The position numbers and the translations under genes are program-made. Below are positions 21,788 through 41,440 of a stretch of DNA of 64,000 nt, in pieces. The notes beneath the pieces are model-generated. The model ran no database searches and was not told where the DNA came from. It saw only the letters and a program-made list of their open reading frames with translations. The number at the start of each line of letters is the position of its first letter. Position 1 is the stretch's first letter. Source of the DNA: the human T2T-CHM13v2.0 reference genome, Homo sapiens; assembly GCF_009914755.1 (NCBI RefSeq), contig NC_060940.1. One strand, 5' to 3'.

Positions 21788-21994
21788 GAGTATCTGTGGA
21801 ATGAATGAATGGAATCACTCTCCCTAAAAAACAAAACATGTTCAATATTTCTATGGCGGAGACTTGGCCTTAATCTCTCATCCCTTAACTTCTATAAAAT
21901 GGTGAGGGGCTCACAAATTGTGCCAAATATGTGACAAGACCCAGAATCTGCATTCTTCCTCCGTGACGTGGCTGCTTGTTTTTTTCTTTTTCAG

Positions 21995-22037
21995 CAACAA
22001 GGCTTTTTGCATTTGGGGGAACATGATGGCAGTCTTG
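21995..22037 (+). CDS. TMC5: TMC5 penultimate coding exon (QQGFLHLGEHDGSL)
   Basis: tttttcag|...|gtgagt; 43 nt, phase 0 in and phase 1 out. Confidence 0.9.
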
Positions 22038-22793
22038 GTGAGTAATTAAACTGGGACAGAATAAGACACTAATTTATTTCTGGTGAAATATCCTAAGACA
22101 AGTGTAAGAATTGCTCATGTGTCCGTTACTTTTTGAGTTGCAAATTGGATCCAAACTGGCTTAAACAAAATTCCAAGAATAATTCTTGCTTTAGGCCTTG
22201 CCTAACGCAGGAACTCACAGTGTCACCAGAACCCGGTTTCTTTCAGTTCCGTTCTTACCCATGTTAGTTCCTTTTGCAATAGACTCTGCCTAATAAGTGC
22301 AAGACAGCTTTATCAACTTCTTATATCTTCTCAGAGTCAGTCTGGTGGGAAAGACTGAGGGACCCAGGATTCTCATGGTGTTTCATAGGATCTGACTGGG
22401 TGATGTCCCCGTCTATGAACCAATTGTTGTGGGTGCAAAAATGTGGCAGTTCCCTTGATCACATGATTTCATCTGTAGATGCAGGTGGTGCAACCATGAA
22501 GACCATAGGGACCAAGAGTAGGGAAGGGTGACTTCCTAAAGAAAATCTGGGGCTGATGCCAGGAGAGCGAATTCTGGGCAGGAAACAAACAAGCAAACCC
22601 ATTTATTTTTGGGGGATAGCATTTACTGATGACTTCCAGTGATGGGAGTTCAAGGGAAGGATTATAGAAACTAAAAGGAAGAGGCAAAGAAGGCATGAGA
22701 AGCTATGGAATCTTGAAGGCAAGCTGGTCTTTCCCTTGTAGAGATGGGGCAGAGTGTGCCTGCGTTAACTTCTCTTTCCTGTGTCAAACCTAG

Positions 22794-22840
22794 ACTTGCG
22801 ATCTAGAAGATCAGTTCAAGAAGGTAATCCAAGGGCCTGA
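22794..22840 (+). CDS. TMC5: TMC5 last coding segment (DLRSRRSVQEGNPRA*)
   Basis: cctag| acceptor, phase matches previous exon, TGA at 22838-22840 followed by a second TGA. Confidence 0.9.
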
Positions 22841-23483
22841 TGACTCTTTTGGTAACCAGACACCAATCAAATAAGGGGAGGAGATGAAAATGGAATGATT
22901 TCTTCCATGCCACCTGTGCCTTTAGGAACTGCCCAGAAGAAAATCCAAGGCTTTAGCCAGGAGCGGAAACTGACTACCATGTAATTATCAAAGTAAAATT
23001 GGGCATTCCATGCTATTTTTAATACCTGGATTGCTGATTTTTCAAGACAAAATACTTGGGGTTTTCCAATAAAGATTGTTGTAATATTGAAATGAGCCTA
23101 CAAAAACCTAGGAAGAGATAACTAGGGAATAATGTATATTATCTTCAAGAAATGTGTGCAGGAATGATTGGTTCTTAGAAATCTCTCCTGCCAGACTTCC
23201 CAGACCTGGCAAAGGTTTAGAAACTGTTGCTAAGAAAAGTGGTCCATCCTGAATAAACATGTAATACTCCAGCAGGGATATGAAGCCTCTGAATTGTAGA
23301 ACCTGCATTTATTTGTGACTTTGAACTAAAGACATCCCCCATGTCCCAAAGGTGGAATACAACCAGAGGTCTCATCTCTGAACTTTCTTGCGTACTGATT
23401 ACATGAGTCTTTGGAGTCGGGGATGGAGGAGGTTCTGCCCCTGTGAGGTGTTATACATGACCATCAAAGTCCTACGTCAAGCT

Positions 23484-23957
<474 letters not shown>

Positions 23958-24279
23958 GTAAATTAAAAGTCTTATTCAAACCAAATATGAAACTGGTGGT
24001 GATGTGTGGAATGTGTGTGTGTGTGCACATATGTAATGAATACGTGTGTGTATAATGTTTTTGCAGGTTTGCCAAATGATTCACAAGCCACGTGGCTGTT
24101 CTTAACACTGAACAGCAGAGGTGCAGCAGAAAGGTCCAGCAGAAAGGTGCAGTTACTCAGGAGAGAGGAGCCTCCTCTTAAGTAATCACTCGCATAAAAC
24201 CTAATTGGAACTGAATTTAGAAAGCAGTTAAGATACATTCGAAACACAAGCACCCAACCAGTGCTGTCATTTATTCCCT

Positions 24280-27532
<3,253 letters not shown>

Positions 27533-28342
27533 AAGCTGTGACTTTTGAGGCAACCCCTTCCCTTCCACAGAGTTTAGTTTCCTCATTTGTAAAATGAGGA
27601 CAAACCTAGATATTTTTGGAAGTTTCTTCCAGTTCTAATTGCCTATGATCAGATCACATCTGTTGCAGAGCTTCCTAAAAAGCCTGGAAAAGTGCAACTC
27701 TGCCCCCTGGTGGTTTGCAGCTCTCTATTCAAGATGCTATAAATCCCTCATTGGCTTCAAGACCTCCCTACCATTTTGGTTGCTGTACACTGAAGCCTCA
27801 CTGGATTGCATGGTGGCTTCCCCAAATTCCGTATGCCTTAGGATATGATGCTTGGCACACAGTTTTCCTTTAGTGCTCCTTTTAATAATTTTATTAGTAT
27901 GGCCACAAGTTTGATGTCTACAGTACATGTTAACATAGCTGAGTACAAATATTTGAAATAAGTGTGGCAAGTTTTAAAATGTCAACTCTGAGTTATCATG
28001 CATGTCCCATGCATTTACATCTGCATCTGCAAATTGTACAATTCAATCTGTGCTTATCCTCACTGGGTCTCCCTGTGTGCCTCAGCTAGGGCAGGGCAGG
28101 GGCTCTTGTGCGTTTTTTCAGACCCAGATTTTCAAGAGCAACAGTGTTGAACTCTGGCATGCCATGGTGCATGGTGGCAACACCGGGTTTAGCTTTGGTT
28201 CAGGTAAAAATGCAGTGACCAACTATTGCATTTGTGTGAGTCACCTGATTCCCCAGGGCCTGGGCTAGCACAAAGGGTATTTTGATATCCCTGTATGAGG
28301 CCCCTGGCAGTTTCTGAACCCGTTTCGTCCCACCGTGAAAGT

Positions 28343-28490
28343 CTAGAAGTGAGGTTCGCAGTCTTCTACCATGCTGTCAGTGATATAGCTGGAACCAAGA
28401 TGGGATTCGTAGTAACTCTTTTCATCAAAGGTATTAACAGTCCAACCAACAACCTGGATTCCTTTAGCTGACCACTTCTTCAAGTAGGCC
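28343..28490 (-). CDS. GDE1: GDE1 exon 6 coding part (AYLKKWSAKGIQVVGWTVNTFDEK...YITDSMVEDCEPHF*)
   Basis: ccccag| acceptor; WTVN and ITD GDPD motifs; TAG at 28345-28343; six exons total 996 nt = 331 aa. Confidence 0.96.
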
Positions 28491-28579
28491 CTGGGGAAAG
28501 AGGAAAGCCAATCCTGTTAGAATAATAAGCAGCTGTCTCAGGAATCCATAATGGCCACTAAGTATGGTGTTCACTGCAT

Positions 28580-29245
28580 ACCAATGGTGCCCAGAGAATG
28601 CCTCCTAACTGGCCTCTGCACTGTGATCAGAGGGACTGTTCCAAAACCCAGGATGCCATGAACCTCCTCTACACTGTCCCAGCTTAAAACATTTCAGTAG
28701 CTCACTAATGATCGCCACCCCCAAATGTCCTTGGCACAGCCACTGAAGGTGTGCCTGACCTGGCCCCGACCTGTCTCCTTGGCTTCATCTCACACCACAT
28801 TCCCCCTTTCTTTTCTGTGCTGATTAATTTTAAATTAATTGAAAGAATATTAATTTTCTTTCACTTCCTGGAAAGAACCATGTTCCTTCCTGCCAGAGCA
28901 CATTACATGTATTTTTCTCTCTGATCTGGATTCCTCCCAATTCCCACTCACCCTTCAGATCTTAGCTTAACTGTCACTTCCTTGGGGATGCTGTTTCTGA
29001 CAACCCAGACCAGATTAGATTATAGCCCATGCACAGTTTTCTCTGACATAGCCTGTATCTTAGTTTTAACTTTATATTGATTGGATTTTTATTTGATTAG
29101 CATCTCTCACTCTCCCACTTGGCTATAAACGTCACGAGGGCAGAGATCATGGCTTTGATTCTTTACCCACTGCATCTTCAGCTTCTCAACATGGAACCTT
29201 GCAATAGTATAGGCACTTACCAAATATTTATTGAACTGAATCATG
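28580..29245 (-). mobile_element. LINE-2 fragment
   Basis: degenerate L2 3' motifs (CTAACTGGCCTC, CTGACCTGGCCCC, GAGGGCAG, TAGGCACT...AAATATTTATTGAA). Confidence 0.55.
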
Positions 29246-29753
29246 TATGTCTGAAATAATACTAGACCTACAACTCTAATTAGCTGAAATATACAGATAC
29301 AGAATTGCCAAAGAAATGATTCCGAGATCGCTAGCAGGTTAGGAAATGGAAATTTTATGGGGAGAGGTGGGGGAGTGCCTATAACATAAGACGGTAGTGG
29401 GGAGGCTGGTGCCCACAGGATGTCTTCACTGTGGTTCTGCCCAGGATCCTGTGTTGGCTTTCAAAAAAACCAGTCACAGAAATAAAATCCCTTGCTCAGC
29501 ATAGTGTCACAGGTTCATTTTTTTTCTTCAAAATACACTAAAAAACCGAAAATATGTGATCGACTCGGTCTGAAAACAGTGAAATATGCCTGAACTCTTC
29601 CCACCTAAGAAGCGAAATTGGTAATCCAATTTAGAGGTATGGTAAGCTTTGCAGGTCAGAACCAATTCAGGTTGTCTACTCTGTTAATCCTTCCTTTCAA
29701 ATAAGAGCATTCAGGATGTCTGTCTGGGTAAAATAAAAAACCTTCCAACTTAC

Positions 29754-29965
29754 GGGGATACAAAATCCTTTTGCATGAGGAAAGCTGAAATTCCACACAG
29801 GTACCACAAGATATTATGCATGCTCCAATCGAGCAAAATGTCCATCATAACAAATATAAAATGTTTCCAGAAAGTATCATAGCGTGGTTTCCCATCTCCT
29901 GTATGGCTTAGGCTCCAAGGTCTGTGAGTTAATGCTGTTATTACATCCCGATCTGTTTGTCTCAT
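29754..29965 (-). CDS. GDE1: GDE1 exon 5 (MRQTDRDVITALTHRPW...FLMQKDFVSP)
   Basis: ttgcag|...|gtaag; 212 nt. Confidence 0.95.
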
Positions 29966-31230
29966 CTGCAAAGGAATTTGGGGAAGTAAAATAATGATCA
30001 TATGTAAAGTTGAATACTTATTAGTTTAGATTTAGCCAATGTGCTCAATCAGATGAGGTGGTCATGGTTGGTACCCTGCCCCGGTATCTACTAAATAAGT
30101 TCTCAATCATAAACCCTTTGAGAAAATAATGTGAAGAATGTAAAGCACTAATATGCAGCACATATGAGAACTTTTTTTTCCCAGTCCTTAAAAACTGCAA
30201 TCCTATCTTTAAAATGGAAAAATTAAAACTTCAGGATCAAATTTTAATAATGTCACGAGAATAAACTTTTAATTGGCTATTGACTTAAATCCTGGCCAGA
30301 GATAATTAATTAGAACTCAATGAGGAGGGAACCAAGGTCAGTTCAAGATGGGCTGTTTAGTTTTGACCCTTTCCAGAGCAAATGGCTGAAGAGTTGTAGG
30401 GGTGAGGAGGGGGATGGGGAAGTGAGGTGGGAAGGGAGAGAAGGGATTGTGACAAGAGAATGGGAGAGGACAACAGAGAAATGGAGAGATGTGGATGGAG
30501 TTCCTTTAGTCTCTGCTCTTGTGCTCCTCTGGGGGAATGTCTTATACGTTTTAAAGGACTCTGTGGTCAAGGAAGTTTGGGAAACACTGTTCCAAATGTC
30601 TGCAAGCCCCATGACCCTATTCAACTCCATGACAGCTTCTATTGATAGGCTCTATCCTCACTGTAAAAATTTTCAATGTATGCTCTGTTGGTCACTGGTA
30701 AAGAATGCTACGGAACCAGCTTGTTATTCTGGAAACTGGTAAATAAAAGGAAAGATAAAGCATTTATTCTGCCTATTTGGTAACTAAATAGTAGAGGAGG
30801 AAAAGTTTCTTTTTAAAGATCTATTTCAGCTAATGCAAGAAGTAATAGAATTAAAATATCAGCATTTTGTAGCTCCCTAGAAAATGGACAGATCTGGCCA
30901 ATGAGCATCAATAGCAGCCAAAAACAACAGGAGTCAACCAGATGTCAAGTGCCTCCTGACGGAAAAACACCCTCATCTCTAGAGTTATCTTGCCAAGAAT
31001 AACCAACCCTAACCTCATCAAGGCAAGCTTCCAGCTCTCGCTACCAGTTTATAGAAAATAAAGAGAAAAAAATATTAAGCCATATCATGGCATAATCAGC
31101 AAAATTTGGACTTGGGTAAACTCTACAAAACAATAATCCGGTTTCTTCAGTAAATACAAAACAAGGACCCCCCCCAAAACAAACAAACAAAAAAAACAGA
31201 GAGAGAGAGAGACAGAACCTGCAAGTTTTA

Positions 31231-31554
<324 letters not shown>

Positions 31555-31842
31555 TTACTTGGGTCCTATTCGAATGAGCAATTTATGAAAAACAACCATT
31601 TATGACATTTCCGAGACAAGTCAAAATTTATACACTGGATATTTGATGATATGAATAATTTATTGTTAATAATTTTTAGATGGGACAATGGCATTGTGGC
31701 TATGTTTTTAAAAAGGCATCACTAGGCTGGTTACTGTGGCTCATGCCTGTAATCCCAGCACTTTGAGAGGCTGAGGTGGAAGGATTGCTTGAGCTTAGGA
31801 GTTGGAGAACTGCCTGGGTAATACAGGGAGACCCTGTCTCTA

Positions 31843-32076
<234 letters not shown>

Positions 32077-32555
32077 TTAATGCAATTTTATGGATGGAAT
32101 AAGATTTGCTTCAAAATAACACTGGGGAGGATCAATGGGGTTATGGGTGAAATGAGCTGGATCACAGTTAAAGGGGGGGTACACTACTACTTTATTTTAT
32201 GCATGTTTTAGATTCTCCATAATTAAGAATTTATTTTATGAAGGTATGTTCTGCTGTTAGTTGGTGAGAAGTAGGGGCTACATAATTCTTTTCTGTTGTG
32301 AGAATTTTACTACAGTAATCTGAGTGAGCCTATAAACAACATAAAAGAAGGGGCAAAAGAGGAATAATGGCATTCTGTAAGGGGTATGAGTACATTCCCC
32401 TTCTGGAATTTCTCTGGTTAATTTAAAAGAGGAGCTTCTCAACTGTGACCCTGATGCAGTTCAATTTAATAGGCATCTATCCTGTGCTTACGCAGCCCAT
32501 TGCAATTATCTACACCAGCTCACCTAATATGTACAAGAAAAATCCCGAATGTTAC

Positions 32556-32648
32556 CTTGTAGATAACTTCTGGCAAGAAAGAACAGACCACACTATTATT
32601 ATACAGTTGAGGAAATTCCATATACATTTTCTTTAGAGCCTCAGTAGC
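32556..32648 (-). CDS. GDE1: GDE1 exon 4 (ATEALKKMYMEFPQLYNNSVVCSFLPEVIYK)
   Basis: ttacag|...|gtaac; 93 nt, phase 0/0. Confidence 0.95.
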
Positions 32649-33839
32649 CTGTAAAATAAAGAGATTCATATATTTAAAATTGATTAAAATGTGATAGATA
32701 GCCCCAGCCAATAACTATCACATATTAAGTACAACCCTATGGAATAAAACAGAAGTTTACTAGAAATGGAGGTACTGAAAGTATTGGTAGAGTCTATTAT
32801 CCACTGGGATGCATTTTAAACTCACACCAGCAGCAAACAAGGAAGAAGGTGGAGTACTGCTGCTTTACTCCCTCTGAGGGCCTCACCCCTTTTGGAATAC
32901 TTTTGAAAAGTGTGGTAAGCCGTAGGTCAGATGAGGCCAGAGGCAAAATTTTCCTTGCCTTATACCCTAGTTTAGCCACTATGAAAAGTCCTTTCATACC
33001 CACAGCTCTATCACTCTGTGCCTTTTCTAAATGAAACATGAGCCAGCCAGTCTGGGAACTACAGAGGATAGATTTCTCAGTCCAGGGGACTGAGAGGACG
33101 CATTACCCATCACCAATATGGAGGGAGAAGTAATGGGGCAAGGGTAGGAGGGACTGGGAAGAGTTAAGGGGCTCCCAATTCTTCCCAAGGTGAACAGAAG
33201 TTTCTTTTTATAGTAGTCTAGCTACGAAATGAAGAAGACATGATAGAATTTAAGTATTATTTGGTAACCCCTAGTGAAGTGACATCAATAGCAGCTAACA
33301 ACAAGAAAGTCACCAGCCATGTGGGACGCAATGCTGCTGCTGCATAATTTGTGAAACACTGCTAATTTTTGGAATGTTACACATACCCCTAACCAAATAT
33401 GATGAGCAAAATGCATTCCCCCACCAAAATAAAAAAGGACACAAATTATCCATGTCATGCCTCCTCTTCGCTAATGCAACTGAAGGCAAGCTATAGAAAG
33501 CATTTTTTTTTCTGTTTGAACAAAGACATGCACTGTAAACTCTTAGCATTTACATTATTTAATTCTCACAACAACCTTATGTGGTAACTGCTTTTAGTAT
33601 CCCCATTTTACCCATGAAGAAACTGAAGCTCATCAAAGTTAAGGTTACCCTGTAGTAAGAGCTCAGTCAAGGACTGTTGGAGTCCCAAGCCCATGATTTT
33701 GGCCACTGTGCTCTACTAGCTCCACTTTGTTGCCTACACTTGTGCCTTTCTACTACCATCTTGGTGAATTAGGTCACTATGTTCTACCCAGTCTTGGCTG
33801 AACACCCATGAGCACCCATTCAGAAGACTCAAATAGCTA

Positions 33840-34226
<387 letters not shown>

Positions 34227-34548
34227 CTATCAGGGTTCCCAAATGTGGGCTGCAACATCAACAATGAGCACCTGAGGTGCTCATTAAAAATACATGTTCC
34301 TTGAGCCCACCCTAGACATTTTCAGAATCTCTTCCCTAGGGAGAATGGCCCAGGAATTTATATTTTAAAATAGGTACAGGTGATTCTAACGCAGACCAAT
34401 TGGAAAACCTAGACGTATACAACTATCGGTTTACTAGAATAATAAATTAGTTACCATTATCTTCCTTCTTCAAAAATAGGAATTAACTGTTAATAAAATT
34501 AGAGTGTATACTTAGGCTCCACATTTCAGGTTTTTTTTTTTTTTTTGA

Positions 34549-34767
<219 letters not shown>

Positions 34768-35707
34768 TGATCCACTCCCAAAGTGCTGGGATTACAGGTG
34801 TGAGCCACTGCACCCGGCCCATTTTGGGTTTTAACAACTGGTTTCAATGATATCATGGGATTAATTAAAAAAAAAAATTGGCATCATCAGAATTCTCAAC
34901 CAGTAGATGGCCCTTACCGATTATTAATATTGCTAGGGGAAAAATACTCAAGTTGCCCAAATGGGGAAAAAAGTACTTGCACTTGAAAAGCTGGTTATAA
35001 GAGAACAAATGTAATCAGAATCATATCTTCCCACTGATTTTCACTGTAATAATATGTTCTTATGAGTGTAAGTGCAGGCCCTAAAATTTAAGCAAAATTT
35101 TATCTAGGAATGTCAAATACATTTGAAGAAAATAAATGATTTTCTGATAAAAGTATAACTGCTAAAATCAATGAATAAAAAACTATACATAAGGGATATA
35201 AATTATACAAAGGGATAAATCTATGTAAAAGGTATATGTTCTGTTAACTATTAGAAGCTTTTAATATAGGAATTCTCTTTAAATGCAGTCCATAGTTGTA
35301 CATATAAGGCCCTTAACTTTTAAGCTAGATAAAATTGGTCTTGTGTACAACTTCGGAATTCCTTTTTTTCAAGTAACTCAAGGTTACTACAGTGGTTTTT
35401 TTCTAGAAATGCCTTTTTTACTGTTTACTTAATATCTTTTGTAAATGCTTTATGTAAATAATAGAAACTTGACTCTTCCATTTTATGCTGGTTTTGTAAA
35501 GTTTCCATAAAAGGTTAAAAAGTTCCATAATGCACTGTTTCCTTAAATGATATAGATTCCTGCATTGTACACTTCCATTAAACAAATACAATTTATAAAA
35601 ATAAGTTTTAAAAAGAATAAATAACAAAATATATGTAACTTCGGAAATGACCGTCAATGAAATAAGATGTCTTTTTAACAAAGTGAAGTCCACAATTTAA
35701 ACTGTAC

Positions 35708-35813
35708 CTTGTGTGCATGGCCTTTGACATCAAAGAAGATTGTGAGGTTATGGTTTAGGCACTCTGCAACAGCTTCCCTTAGGGTAGGGATCTTTTCATC
35801 AGGGAAATCATTC
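35708..35813 (-). CDS. GDE1: GDE1 exon 3 (NDFPDEKIPTLREAVAECLNHNLTIFFDVKGHAHK)
   Basis: ttacag|...|gtacag; IPTL and DVK GDPD motifs; 106 nt. Confidence 0.96.
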
Positions 35814-35861
35814 CTGTAAGAGAAGAGAAAATACGTTGTAGGAAAAAAGAGAAACAGATAA

Positions 35862-36119
<258 letters not shown>

Positions 36120-36309
36120 TGACACCACGCCTGGCTAATTTTTTGTGTTTTTAGTAGAGGCGGGGTTTCACCATGGTGGCCAGGCTGGTCTTGAACTCCT
36201 GACCTCAAGTGATCTACCTGCCTTGGCCTCCCAAAGTGCTAGGATTACAGGTGTGAGCCACTGCGCCTGTCCTACTGTAATAATTTGAACCAAATTATAG
36301 ATATTCTTT

Positions 36310-37793
36310 TTTCCACATTTTTATTGCTATACACTTAGACATATTTTTGTGATATGCGCATAATGTATAATGATAAAATCAGGGTATTTAGGATGTCCAT
36401 CACCCCAAATATTTATCATTTCTTTGTGTTAGGAACATCTAAATCTCCTAGCTATTTTGAAATATACAACAGATTGTTAACTATAATCACTTTACTATGT
36501 TATTGAACACTAGAATTTATACCTTCTATCGAACTGTATGTTTGTACTCATTAACCAAATTCTCCTTATTCTCCTCTTCCCCCAACCCCAAACCCTTCCC
36601 AGCCTCTGGTAACTATCATTCTCCTCTCTACCTCCATGAGATCAACTTTTTTAGCTCCCATATATGAGTGACAACATGTAATATTTGCCTTTCTGTGCCT
36701 GGCTTATCTTATTTCATTTAACATAATACCTTCAGTTCCATCCATGTTGCTGTAAATGACAGGATATCATCCTTTTTTATGGCTAACTACATAGTATTCC
36801 ATTGAGTATATTTACCACAGTTTATCCATTCATCCACTGATGAACACTTAGGTTGATTCTGTATCTTGGCTATTGTGAATAGTGTTGCAATAAACATGGG
36901 GGTGCAAGTATGCCTTTGATACACTAGTTTCCTTTCTTTTGGATAGATACCAACTAGTGGGATTACTGGATTGTATGGTAGTTCTATATTTTTAGTTTTT
37001 TGAGAAACCTCCATACTGTTTTCCATAATGGCTGTACTAATTTACATTCCCACCAACAGAATATAAGAGTTCCTTTTGCTCTGTATCCTCGCCAGCATCT
37101 GTTATTTTAAAAATCTTTTAAATAATGGCCATTCTAACTAGATAAGATGGTACTTCATTGTGGTTTTGATTTGCATTTCCCTAATAATTTGTGGTGTTTT
37201 TTCATATGCCTGTTGGCCATTTGTGTGTCCTCTTTTGAAAAATGTTTATTCAAATTAGGATTTGAATAGATGTTTTTAATGGGATTATTATTGTTTTTGC
37301 TGTTAAGTTCCTTGTATATTCTGGATATTAGTTACTTGTCTGTTGAATAGTTTGCAAATATTTTCTCCTATTCAACAGGTTTTCTTTTTACTCTGTTGAT
37401 TATTTCCTTTGCTGTGCAGAAGCTTTTTAGTTTAATATAGTCACATTTGCCTGTTTTTGTTGCCTGTGCTTTTGAGGTCTTAGCCATAAAATCTTTGCCT
37501 AGATCAATGTCCCAGAGCTTTTCCCCTGTGTTTTCTTCTAGTAGTTTTATAGTTTCTGGTCTTAAATTTAAACTTTTAATCCATTTTGTGTTGATTTTTT
37601 AAATATAGTGAGAGATAGGGGTCTAGTTTCATTATCCTGCATATGGATATCCAGTTTACCCAGTACCAGTTATTGAAGAGAGTTCCTTTCCCCCACTGTA
37701 ATGTTCTTGGTGCCTTCATGGAAAATCAGTTGGCTGTAAATATATGGATTTATTTCTTGGTTCTCTATTGTATTCCACTGGTCTATGTATCTG

Positions 37794-37838
<45 letters not shown>

Positions 37839-38500
37839 AGTATTTATACCAATACCATGCTGTTTTGGTTACTGTGGCTTTGTAGTATATCTTGAAATGA
37901 GGTAGTGTGATATGTCCAGCTTTGTCCTTTTTGTTCAGTATTGCTTTAGCTATTTGGGCTTCTTTACGGTTCCATATGAATTTTAGGATTGTTGCTTTTC
38001 TATTTCTCTGAAGAATGTCTTTGATATTTTGATAGGGATTGCACTGAATTGTAAATTATTTTGAGTAGAATGGTCACTTTAGGAATATTAATTCTTCTGA
38101 TCCATGAGCATGGGATGTCTTTCCATTTGTGTCCTCTTAAGTTTTCTCATCAGTGTTTTGTAGTTTTCCTTGTAAGAGCTCTTTCACCTCTTTGGTTATA
38201 TTTATTCCTAGGTATTTTGTTATTTTTTTTTTGGTAGCTATGTAAATGGGATTACTTTCTTGATTTCTTTTACAGCTAGTTCATTATTTACGTATAGACA
38301 TGCTACTGATTTTTGTACGTTGATTTTATATCCTGCAATTTTACTAAATTTGTTTATCAGTTTTAACAGTTTTTTGGTGAAGTCTTTAGGTTTTTCTACA
38401 TACAAAATCATGTTGTCAGCAAAGAGGTACAATCTGACTTCCTCTTTTTCCAATTTGGATGCCTTTTATTTCTTTCTCTTTCCTGATTGCTCTGGCTAGT
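36310..38500 (-). mobile_element. 5'-truncated old LINE-1 (L1MA-type), ORF2 RT to 3' UTR, degenerate
   Basis: minus-strand peptides 'LFADNMILY...INKFSKIAGYKIN' and '[18 protein letters not shown]...TPMFIATLFTIAK' are L1 ORF2; multiple stops and frameshifts; internal (TG)n. Confidence 0.9.
37797..37837. repeat. (TG)~20 microsatellite inside L1
   Basis: perfect dinucleotide run. Confidence 0.95.
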
Positions 38501-38994
38501 CAATCATTCCATATTTAGCAAAATTGATATGAAGGTCGAAAGAATCATGGAGGAAGTAATTAACCATATTATCCAGAGTTTGCTGTACTTGGAACTGATA
38601 AAACTGAAAGTATCCAGTAAGTACAGACTAAATGTAATCATAAACTTCCCTTTTATTGCATAAGACTTTCAAACATGCTGTGGTTGCTTTTAAACACAAG
38701 TAGGTTGGGCTGTAATTGTGTAAGAAGCAACAAGTAAATGGTTTGCACAAGCACTTTTAGAAAGGTTAAGACAACTGGACCACATGGTGGTGCCCAAGAC
38801 ATTTTTAATTCATATCCTGGTGACAAGTGAGCATTGAAAACCCAAGACTCGTAGATGAGAAGAATTGAAGCACACAGACACCTGAGCACAGAGATTAGAG
38901 ATTGATGGTCTTTGGTTTCTTATATTGTATAATGGATGTTATTTTTCTGTTTTTTGTTTTGTTTTGTTTTGATTTGTTTTCCTTTTCTGGTAAT

Positions 38995-39230
38995 TCTGTG
39001 CTTCTGACACTAGCTATAAATTGGGGTTCCCACCTCCTCCTCCTTGGGTTCAATTAATTTGTTAGAGTGGCTTGCGGAACTCAAACACGTTTACAGGTTT
39101 ATTATAAAGTATGTTACACAGCATACAGATGAAGACATGCATAGGGTGAGGTATGGGGAAAGGGGCATAGAGCTTCCATGCCCTTTCTGAGTGCTCCATC
39201 ATTCAGGAACCTCCATGTGTTCAAATACAG
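38995..39230. mobile_element. MER21-like LTR fragment
   Basis: GGTTCCCAC...CCTTGGGTTCAATTAATTTG...GAGCTTCCATGCCCT...GGAACCTCCATGTGTTCA. Confidence 0.55.
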
Positions 39231-39789
39231 ATATTCTTGACCAAAGACCAGCAACAACAACAAAAATCATTTAATTTTTAAGAAATCACTGAATTTCTAT
39301 TGAATTAATAACATTATTAATAACCCTACTTCCCAAAGGGCAGAGTATATGCCACCTTTGGAAAACTCAAAGACTTAATTTTCAGATTGTAATTTCCCTA
39401 ATAGAATGCTATGCAGGAGGAATTCTTAGGAATACATAAATCTGTTAACTGTATTGTGTATTTATTTAAGTGCAACTGTTTAAAATAAATAATGTTCTAA
39501 GACATAATTTTCTGATAAAGAAAATGAAAACTAAGTGCTTGATACAAAAGAAATTAGCTTTTCTCTCATAATAAAATTATTATTTAACTTAATGCTAATT
39601 CAACTGCATTATTTCAACTGTAAGATCATGCTTTTAAAAAAGGGTAAGGATAGGCCAGGTACAGTGGGCTCATGCCTGTAAATTCAGCACTTTGGGAAGC
39701 TGAGGCAGGCAGATCACCTGAGGTCAGGAGTTCGAGACCAGCCTGGCCAACATGGCGAAACCCCGTTTCTACTAAAAATGCAAAAATTA

Positions 39790-39933
<144 letters not shown>

Positions 39934-41244
39934 TCAAAAAAAAAAAAAAAAAAAGATAAGGATAATTTAAACATTACAGGCAATTATCCCAGCCATTCTA
40001 ATCAATTTCTATTCCCTGAGAGTGAAAGATGGGAGACCTGAATTTGTTATTCCTTTGGCTGATCTTAGTTTCCTCCTTATCCTCCTCTCAGGACAAGCAT
40101 CTCATCACACTGAGCATAATTCTAGAGAAAATATCTATTTTTTCCCACAACATAATCCGTAAACACAAGCCAATTACTTCATTTAGTTTTCAATCATAGA
40201 ACACACTCTGTTCCAATAGTGGAGCAAAGACTGGTTGTGTTAAAGACACTGAGATAATATGTTGCCTTTGCTGTCTTCTTAAGGGATTTTTTGAAAATCA
40301 CAATTTTTTTTCCTAGGATGCACAAATTCCAGAGAAATGGACTCAGTGCTCCCTTAAAGGATTTTTAAGGGTAATGATGACCCTAAACATTTTTGCTTTA
40401 AGTATTAACTTTGAACCTGACATTTTATTAGCTGCAATGTCATTATAATATTCAAACCAGCCTTTCCCTTGCATAAGCAGAGCAATACAGTATCTGATGA
40501 CACTCAAGAACAATTCTAGCAACTTGGACTCATAATTCTCAAGTGTTACCAATATTCTTTCCTGCCTACAGTATGACTTCCTTCGGCAGACTAATGTTTT
40601 TCAGATCCTAGGAAAACAGGTCTGGATCATCTTTTAGGAAAAAGTATAACTTAACTGTTGGGTCAAATACTTAATTTTCCAAGAGAATCGATCATTGTCT
40701 GGATAATTGATATTACATGAATAACCAGTGAGCACACCCTTTTCAGTACTGCAAAGATGACAAGCAGAGAGGGATTTAAATAACCACATTCCAAAGTACA
40801 GTATATTACTCAGCATACCAATTCCAAGGGTGTTTACCGCTGTAAGTGGGGAAGAGGATGTAGGTTCTGTGATCATGTAAGTTTGAGAAAAGCTAAGTTA
40901 CAAGTAAGAATCAGCTGATGTGGACTGTTTATCCACAACAGAAGTATTCAGAATACACTGTTTGATCTTACTTGAACCCTGTTTTTGCAGAACATCTTGT
41001 AAGATTAGCTCTAGTGTATATACTTTGGAAGCTACGTTTACACTCTACCAGGAAGGAATTAAATTAGACACTGAAAGAACTTTTGCTCTTACAGGGTTGA
41101 AAGACATTGGGGGCAGCTAAAAACAGCATGATTTGGACTAAAACTTGGGATAGATTCTAGTTTTGGCTTCTTTATGAACTAGTTATTTGCCCTTGAGTAA
41201 ATAATTTAACTTTTCTGGGATTATATCTAAAGGCAAGATTGATC

Positions 41245-41440
41245 TAGATCTGTAGTATCCTATATGGTAGCCACACATGGCTATTTCAGTTTAAATTTAC
41301 ATTTAAATTAAAAATTCACTTCCTTGTGTCACTAGCCACATATCAAGTGCTCAATAGCCACAAGTACCTACCATATTACACAGTGCAGATATAAAATATT
41401 TCCATCATTGCAGAAAGTTCTACTGCAAAGTGCTATTCTA
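41245..41440. mobile_element. MER3/MER33-like hAT-Charlie DNA transposon fossil
   Basis: TATGGTAGCCAC...CTAGCCACATATCAAGTGCTCAATAGCCAC...CCATCATTGCAGAAAGTTCTA. Confidence 0.65.

Noticed and set aside
36310-38500. Active LINE-1 reverse transcriptase
   Set aside because: 5'-truncated and fragmented by stops and frameshifts; catalytic F/YADD reads FADN.
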